From NCBI RefSeq assembly GCF_006345805.1, contig NC_043017.1, positions 26,040,001 through 26,104,000 on the forward strand: a stretch of DNA of 64,000 bases. The letters are read 5' to 3'. The stretch comes from Octopus sinensis (lineage: Eukaryota). Both the position numbers and the translations under genes were made by a program. Below, piece after piece: positions 55,331 to 64,000 of the stretch (positions are counted from its first letter, which is position 1; the number at the start of each line of letters is the position of its first letter). The notes beneath the pieces are model-generated. The model had not been told where the DNA came from, searched no databases, and saw only the letters and a list, made by a program, of their open reading frames with translations.

Positions 55331-56222
55331 TTATACTTTAAAAAAAACCATACAAATTTCCACACGAAACCACGTAACTTCAAACGTGTATTCTCTGATG
55401 TGAATTTGCTACCCAGGTATCGGTTAACCGAATTATCCATAACAAGATAATTCATTCAACTACTCAAAAAAAAAAAAAATATAATATATATATATATAAT
55501 TTGAGAGACAAAACGGATTAAGCTTAGCTTAATGTATTTCTCGTTCCCTTTTAAGCCAAATATTAACATGTATGTATGTTAATAGATATCATTTTGTCTT
55601 TTTTTTATTATTTATCTCGTTTCGATAGAACATGTAGTGTTGTACACACAGTCACCTTTCTCCATTCACCAATGCATTATATTTCTCTTATAGCCAACAA
55701 CGTATCATGGATTTCGTTGACATTTCGATTGCTCTCTACAAAAGGAAAGCCCAGTGATTTACAACGAGATCATGTCTTGCCTGGGGCAATGCGCTTTTGT
55801 TTATTTGACCTATACACTTGAATCTGAAAGTCACGTTCTCTCGTTTCCAGGTCTGGAGCAGTTCGGTGCATATTGAAGCACCATGCGATAGATGATGCTG
55901 TTGTTTTTGTGTAGCCTCAGGGATATCTTAAACGAGCAGCAGATGTATGATTAAATACATTCCAACCTCTAAAGACCCGATGTCTTCGTTGTATATAGAA
56001 TTACTCCATGCTATAATTCATTTCCTTCTGAACAAATTAATGCGTGATTTAATGCGGCTAAAAGGCTAAGATGTTAGAGCGTCGGAAAAAATTATTTTGC
56101 TGTATTCGTTCCCGATCTTGTTTTTTTAAAGTGCAAATCGAAACGAGGTCAACATTGTTTCCATCATACTTGACTTAAAAAACAAAAGCTCAATTGGTAT
56201 ATACGAGTATGTTCTTCATTTT

Positions 56223-56262
<40 letters not shown>

Positions 56263-56418
56263 GTACAGTGGGACTGAATCGCTCACAGTTCTTTAATTCA
56301 TATCAGTGAAGCAGTCCATATTTAGTCACTTGAGAGTGGAAATTCCACAGCGCTTCCCCTTTTAATCCCTTATAACTTCTTCCCTTTAGAAAACATTGAG
56401 AACCCGAGAATACTTCCA

Positions 56419-56746
56419 CTACATAAATTTGCCATACAGGCAGTACACTTCCACAACGGGAAATTTGCCATATAGGCAGTACACAGATGGGATGAACAAG
56501 GAAAAACACAAAGGGTGAAGAAGCTGCTTTTAGTTAAAAATTAATGTTCGTATCAATAATGTGATTACAGATGTAATTAAAAATATTTATTTGCATAAAT
56601 ACTGTTGCAAAAATCAAAAATATGCCGCGGAAGGAAATGCATTCAGTCATCTGGGTATAATCATTGCTTTCTACCACTGACCCCGCTTACCTGGTTCCGA
56701 TCACTCTCAACTTGTTTGCTACAAGCCTCCATCTTTTTACAAATGT
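56419..56746. repeat. 328-bp direct repeat, copy 2 (probable source locus)
   Basis: See 52203-52530. Confidence 0.93.
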
Positions 56747-56861
56747 ACTCAGCGTCAGGCACCTCTTCTTCTGCCTAATCTTACTTATGAGGTGGTAACT
56801 AAAAAAGTTTACCAGCCCCTGGCCAGAGACGTCTTCCATACTGCTTCTTTCAGTATGACTA
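56691..56861 (-). CDS. Candidate internal exon (171 bp, phase 2/2)
   Basis: Acceptor gttgtattttctgcgtag, donor CAG|GTAAGC; SHTERSSMEDVSGQGLVNFFSYHLISKIRQKKRCLTLSTFVKRWRLVANKLRVIGT. Confidence 0.4.
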
Positions 56862-57139
56862 CTACGCAGAAAATACAACATTCCCTGCCCTGTTAAGAGG
56901 GGAATACGGCACAATCTGGATGATAGACTAAGCAGTTAGCTGCACTCTTCCCAACGATGACAACAGTTGTCCTGCGAAAATTATCAGAATCTTCAATTTC
57001 CGTAACTCCACAAATGCGTGCATCACGGACATGTCGGTGAGACGGCAATCGTGTGCCTTGAAAGTTTATCTTGAACAGGTAACGCCGCACAAAAGCACTG
57101 CCAAGCCAGGGATTCTACCTTAATCGTACAACTAATATT

Positions 57140-57355
57140 AGTTTCAAATTTTGGTACAAGGCTTGCAAGTTCGGGAGAGAGACCAAGTCAATTACATCGA
57201 CCCCAGAGTTCAACTGGTATTTATTTTATAGACATCAAAAACGATGTAAGTCAAAGTCAACCTCGGCGAAGTTTTTGAACTCGGAAATTAAACACGGACA
57301 AAACGCCGCTAAGTATTTAGTCCGGCGTGCGAAAGATTCTGCCAGCTCGCTTCCT
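57140..57355 (-). mobile_element. SINE-B monomer with tail
   Basis: tcaaattttggtacaagg...catcgaccccag...ctgccagctcgc. Confidence 0.78.
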
Positions 57356-57879
57356 AAATCATACTACTAATGATATTCATTATTCATATTTTGTTGATGT
57401 TGTTCTTGTTGTTCTTAACAGTGGTGGTGCAAGTATAGTTCTGGATAACGCTAGAGTTGTTCTTGTCGTTGTTTTTATTGTTGTTCTGTGTCGCTGAACG
57501 TCGAAGAATATTAACCTTGTTATGTAAAAGTTGGAAACATTTGAATATAAAATATCGTCATGAACCTATTTACTTAGAAACGATAGGGAGAAAAAATGTA
57601 CAAAACAAAAGATTAAAAAGATGAAAATAATAAAAAAAAAGCAGTAAACGGTATATGAATAATTGAGGAACGAAAATAAAAAGCAAAAATGTAAAGAGAT
57701 GTCCCTCGTGTTCACTGACTGTTCTCGCTAGATCTACTGTCGCGATATATTCGTTAGGTGTCAGGTCTGCTAAAGTGGATAGCGCCATTTGATGCACTCA
57801 ACCATAAAACAACTCGCTTCAGTAAGTACACGTGACAGTATCCTACACAGGTTATTGGCTAGTCGAGCGCGTAAGTTCT

Positions 57880-58456
57880 ATAATGTGTGTGTGTGTGTGT
57901 GTGTGTGTTTGTACGTGTGTACGTAAGTCTTTATATATGTATGAACGCGCGCGTGTGTGTGTGTGTGTGTGTGTGTGGTGTGTTAGAGCGTGGAGGGAGC
58001 GAGAGGAGAAGAAAAGTGAATTAGGGGTAGGTATATTTATGTATGTATGTGTGTGTGTATGTGTGTCCGTATGTATATATTGATATGGTATGAAATATGT
58101 CTTATACGCTTAAATAACTGTGTGCGTATTCTAATGTCATTTCCTACATAGGATTTGTGCCTATCCACACTCAAATACACACACACACACATACACACAT
58201 ACACAAACACACACACGCACACACAGACACACACACAGACACACACACAGACACACGTTCTCACACGGTGACCGACGCTAACAAGCATATATATATATAT
58301 AATTAGATATAGATTTACGCATATCGTACATATGATATATGTGTGTATGCGTGTATGTGGAATATGATTATGTATAAAATAATATAAAACATGTATATAT
58401 ATATATATATATACATACATACATATATCTATATCTACATATATGTATAAGTATAT

Positions 58457-58492
<36 letters not shown>

Positions 58493-58792
58493 CGTATATG
58501 TATATATATATATATTTATATATATATATATACGTATATGTATATATATATTTATATATATGTATACACACACACACACACAGCTTAACTATCCTATCTT
58601 TCTGTACAGGCGACAAGCAGTAAATCATGTAGATTCCATGGTTTTCTGAAAACAAGTTAAAGAGGAGCAAAGGATTGAGGTAGAGTGCGAAGGGGGTGAG
58701 AGAGCAAGAGAGAAGAGAGAGAGAGAGAGATAGAGAGAGAGAGAGATAGAGAGTAAAGGATATGGTGTTTAAGATGGGAGCTGAAGGAGACT

Positions 58793-58845
<53 letters not shown>

Positions 58846-58999
58846 TATATTATATTTATATACATATACATGTGCGAGTGTGTGTATATATAATATACAT
58901 ATATATATATATACATATATATATTATATATATATATATATATTATATACATATATATATATAATATATATAATATATACATATATACATATATAATAT

Positions 59000-59074
<75 letters not shown>

Positions 59075-59075
59075 T
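57880..59075. repeat. (TG)/(CA)/(TA)/(GA) microsatellite cluster
   Basis: Direct reading. Confidence 0.9.
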
Positions 59076-59907
59076 TAGCGGGAGGCCGTATTAATGAGAC
59101 TGCTTTACTTCAGTTGAGATAACCGTGTCACCAGCATTTTCAGTCTCATTATACATACATTCTGAATAGTAATTTAGTCAAAAGCAAAGTACTGATCCCC
59201 TATATTCGTTTCAAGATCTTACAGTCTGCTGAATTCGTTGCAATTAATTTTCATGAAATGCTGTCTTAATGGTGACCAAAATTATCACTCAGCATCCCTC
59301 TTTGTTTTTTTTTTTACGATATCGGAATGAAGAGTAACATTCAATGAATATCTCTGGGAGGTTTGGTCATTATGCTAATATGAGATTTCTTAGGGTAGTA
59401 TCGAAATTGATCCACAGTTCACGAGAACTCTGGGATTTAATTGTTGTCCAGTTAAGCTTCATGATAAAAAATTCTTAATTCGTATCCCTATATAATTTGG
59501 AATTTCATTTATAGTAAATCTCAAATGTTAGCCCCTATAGAACTGTATTACTATGTGCATTGAAATGTATATATTTTCCTGAATGTAGACACTAATAATT
59601 TTATGTCAGTTGTCTTGATTACTAATTAAGTAAAACTCAGTCAAGGAAAAGGGAAAAGATATCACACAAGGAATGGATTTCTGTCAGATTTTACAGTTTT
59701 TCCATGTATGAGAAATGTCTCACAAGAGAGATTATTAAATCTATATACGTCCTCTCATGTAATGCTGATGATTTTTGAAAAGAATGAAATAGTGCTATAC
59801 ATGATAACGACTGACACGAAGTTACCTGGTATTAAGTAAGCGAAAACAAAACACATACATACACATATACATGCACACTTCTATAGAAATATAATATATT
59901 ATACATA

Positions 59908-60218
59908 CAAGTGTCTTCTACTATAGCCTCGGGCTGATCAAAGCCTTGTGAGTGGATTTGGTAGATGGAAACTGAAAGAAGCCCGTCGTATATATGTATA
60001 TATATATGCGTGTGTTTGTTTGTCCCCTTAGCATTGCTTGACAACCGATGTTGGTGTGTTTATGTCCCCGTAACTTAGCGGTTCGGCAAAAGAGACCGAT
60101 AGAATAAGTACTGGGCTTACAAAGAATAAGTCCCGGGGTCGATTTGCTCGACAAAAGGTGGTGCTCCAGCATGGCCGCAGTCAAATGACTGAAACAAGTA
60201 AAAGAGTAAAAGAAAGAG
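59908..60218 (+). mobile_element. SINE-A, 5'-truncated
   Basis: Starts at caagtgtcttctactatagcc; intact tail. Confidence 0.9.
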
Positions 60219-60984
60219 TATACATACATACATACAGTCATATATGTATACATACCTTTATAGATACATATATACATACATACAAAAAGAGACAATGAAT
60301 CCCTTGGAGCAGCAAGACGCAACCGAATATGTAGGCTATTTCTTATTACTATGGAAGATATCACAAGTGATTAGCAACTGTCCATGTACGTCATAAAGTT
60401 ATTACCTCCGTCTGTGATACGACGTTATAGCAAAAATAATATTCAAAGATATTTGGAGGAAAGACCGTCCAGGAATGAAAGCAGAGATACACTTTGTTAT
60501 TGAATACATACACAAACATCAATACAAGGAATATTAGTGGTACATGGCCATCGAAACGTCTGTCAGTTGTAAACGTAACAGACCGTGTTTTGTAGTTTCG
60601 GACAGATAAGAAAAAATATGTAGCGTCATAGCGGTCAGCTCTCATTTAAAACTCAAAAAGAAAGAGAATAACACTGGGCAATTGCTTCGATAACAATATG
60701 GAGAAACTAGCGTTTTCAACCAACTAACTCGCACATTACAAATAAAATTTATAAGTGGAATAGTAAAGACATGAAAGATTTTGTGAAATTTAAACTATGG
60801 TATTGTTTTTTTTTCTACATTCTAAAAATAGTGTTTTGTATCTTTGTGAGAAACCAGTTCTTTTCTCAGAGGAAAAAATTAAATAACGAAAAACAAAAGA
60901 CGATACATACATGCAGACACCCACACAAAAACCCATCCACCCACACACACACACACACAGAGACATACACACAAATATGCACCA

Positions 60985-61285
60985 AACATTTTGAATTGTT
61001 CTTTTTCGAACTTATATTTCCCCACATATGTATATGCGGGATGCTGTATGTAGGACAGACGGGACGCCGGTTGTCCGACCGTTTCACTGAACACTTGAGG
61101 GACGTTCGCCTACACTCTTTTCTCCCGTCGCACGCCACTTCCGCTCGGCCGGCCATTCCCTAGAGGACATCTCAGTGTTTGTCTCGCCCCCACAATGGTC
61201 GCCCATTTCCAGGCTCCACTTGGAGCAACGCTACATCTTCACCCTACAAAATACACAACCCCACACGGACTTAACACAGTCCCCT
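60985..61285 (+). mobile_element. Penelope-like GIY-YIG endonuclease remnant (CCHH-type)
   Basis: NCSFSNL..C.ICGMLYVGQTGRRLSDRFTEHLRDVR..VARHFRSAGHSLEDISV..SRLHLEQRYIFTLQNTQPH-GLN across frameshifts. Confidence 0.87.
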
Positions 61286-61319
61286 CCTTTTGAGATCGGT
61301 TTTTTTTTTTTTTTTTTTT

Positions 61320-63960
61320 CCCGACACACACCACCACACACCCACCCACTACCTCCACACGCCTGTTCACAAACACACACACGTACGTAGACCATCTACG
61401 TACATACATTCACACATTTAATCACACACACACTTACAGACATACATGGCACACATAACAACAAAACCAACATGCACATACACACACACATACATACATA
61501 ACACACACATACATACTTACACACACACAGACATACATACACACATACACACACACATACATACGCACATACATACACACACACTCACACACACACACCG
61601 CACGTACATACTTCACACACACACACATGCACACATACATGTAGGCACATACATACATACATACCCACACATGCAACCCTTACACTGAATGCACACACAC
61701 ATACACTTTTTTGCATCCAGGCAGACCCCCTTTTCTGCTTTCCGGTTTTGGCTGATGGATCCTCGGTTCCCGCGTAGCGGGCGTTCGAGGGCCTTGCGCT
61801 CGCGCGCCTTGGCGCGCCTGGGGGCTTGGTCGGCCCCCTTGGGCTTGCGTTGTACTGCTTGTGCGTTGTGTGCGTGAGCGCGCTTCGTGTGTGTGGGCTT
61901 GCTTCGGATGTGCGCGTGCGTATGTATGCATACATACCCACACACTCGCATGCATCCCTACCCACATACATACACGGAAACCTACTCACACACACATACA
62001 CACACACACACATACCCGCACACACACATACATACATACACACACATACCTACTTCAGACATACACACACACAGACATACACCCATACACTCACACTCAC
62101 ACGCATACACACACACACATACACACGCACACATACACACACACACCTACACAGCCATACCCTCACTCAGACACACACATCTACCTACACACACACACAA
62201 ACACACACAGACACACACCCATACATACATACATCTACACACACACGCCTACACACATACATACACACATACATAAACACACACACATACACATACACAC
62301 ACATACGCACACACACATATACTTATACACATGCACACACACACATACATACATACATACACCCATATACATACACACACACATACCTACATACTCCTAT
62401 ACGCACATACATACACGCAGACATACACACATACACACTCACACAAACATACACACACACATACTTACACACACACTCACCTGCACGCGCACACACATTG
62501 CATGACAAACACCCATACACTCACAATCACATACGCACACACAACATAAACACGCACACGCACACAACACACCCTACACTCCCACACACATACACACGCA
62601 CCTACATACACACCGCACGCATACACACGCACTACACACATACATTACACACGTACACACACACCTACACACACACACAAACATGCACGGACACACCCAG
62701 ACATACATACATACCCCACCTATATACACACGCCCACACACCTACATACACACACATATACACACGCCACCCACACACCTACACATACACACATACATAC
62801 ACACACTACACGGACACACCCTACATACTTACATACATACACCTATACACACACGCCTACACACCTACATACACACACATGCATACACACACACATGTAC
62901 GCACGTACACACGCATATACGCACATACAATATACCCACACACATGTACACACCACACACCATACGCACATGCATGCATGCATGCACACGCGCACACCTA
63001 CACGCATACACACACACACACGAACGTACACATACATACATACACACACGCATACATACACCATACACATACATGCATCCTACACACACATACATACACA
63101 CTCACACATACATACACACACACACTCACTCACACACCTGTATGTACGCGCACACACATGCACATACACACACTTCCCCACACCCACACGTACATACATA
63201 CACACTCATACACATACACACACACACACACGGACATACATCTATGCACACACATATATACACACATACTCACATACATTCATCGGACACACTGCCACCC
63301 AGATATACACACAGACACACTCACACATCCACACACATACAGACTTACGCGCATACTCGCAGGCGCGCGCACACACGCGCTTGCGCCGGTTCGCGCACGC
63401 ATACGCGCCGGTTCGCGCACGCATACGCGCCGCATGCACCTCGCTCTTGGACCCGACGAGACCTCCCGCCCGTTCCTGGGACCGTCGCTTGTCGTTGGGT
63501 TTCCCACGCCCGTCTCCGCGGGACCACTCTTCCATCTTCCCCTCAGCTGGAGTCCTTTTTCCTTAACCCCCCCCTTTTTTCGTTACACACACGCGCACAC
63601 ATATACACACATTGCTTAAAGATATACATTACTCTTACACACATTCAATCTACTCGCCATTAATACTACCACGACACTGGACACACACACACACTACTAC
63701 TCAACACACGCTGGCACCCCTTCCCCTTCCCCTTCCCCTCCCTCCCTTCCTCCTTCCTTATTTTTCTTACTACTGACCTTTGTCTGCTATGCTGACCAAT
63801 GTCTCGCCCTACCTCACACGCCTACACACAGACGCACACACTAACACATACATATATTTTTGTTTTTTTTATCTCGCCTCACACACACACATACACACAC
63901 GCACACGCACACACTCACACATACACACACATCTCTTGCGTTACCAACCTTGTTTCCACT
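61320..63960. repeat. Degenerate (CA)/(CATA)-rich satellite of about 2.6 kb with two A-depleted GC-rich blocks
   Basis: Direct reading; source of the spurious 597-aa His/Thr ORF. Confidence 0.9.
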
Positions 63961-64000
63961 CTTTTGCCTTTAAAAAACCTACTTTGCTCTTGTTATCGTA

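Noticed and set aside
60530-60570. tcgaaacgtctgtc (also about 41479) resembling a hammerhead 3' half
   Set aside because: No CUGANGA-like core or matching stem I upstream
61826-63619. 597-aa His/Thr/Tyr-rich ORF (and the overlapping 326-aa and 214-aa ORFs)
   Set aside because: Translation of a CA-rich satellite that cannot contain stop codons in these frames; no domain signal

Overview
AT-rich, microsatellite-dense eukaryotic DNA. The SINE families and repeat landscape point to an octopus (coleoid cephalopod) genome; this is inference. No intact gene can be identified, and almost every ORF in the supplied track is a translated microsatellite. Decayed coding elements recognisable by motif: a Penelope-like retroelement with RT and GIY-YIG domains (473-3100), a second Penelope GIY-YIG remnant (about 61.0-61.3 kb), two mariner fragments, CR1/L2, RTE and Tx1/L1 LINE fragments. 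Non-coding elements: three non-autonomous Helitrons, two MITE/foldback elements and about 30 tRNA-derived SINE copies in at least four families. A few weak candidate exons suggest a host gene on the minus strand. Main leads: (1) a type I hammerhead ribozyme with a complete catalytic core and a long stem II, inside a 300-bp near-perfect foldback at 55.0-55.3 kb; (2) a dispersed family of about 200-bp elements carrying minimal hammerhead-like motifs with non-canonical cores; (3) two A-depleted blocks downstream of the second Penelope remnant that look like A-to-G hypermutated microsatellite DNA, either retro-copied ADAR hyper-editing or an assembly artefact; (4) a Tx1-like LINE inserted in a (TCTA)n array; (5) a 328-bp piece of host DNA, including part of a candidate exon, copied between two oppositely oriented LINE fragments. 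All structures were derived by eye and none was computed.
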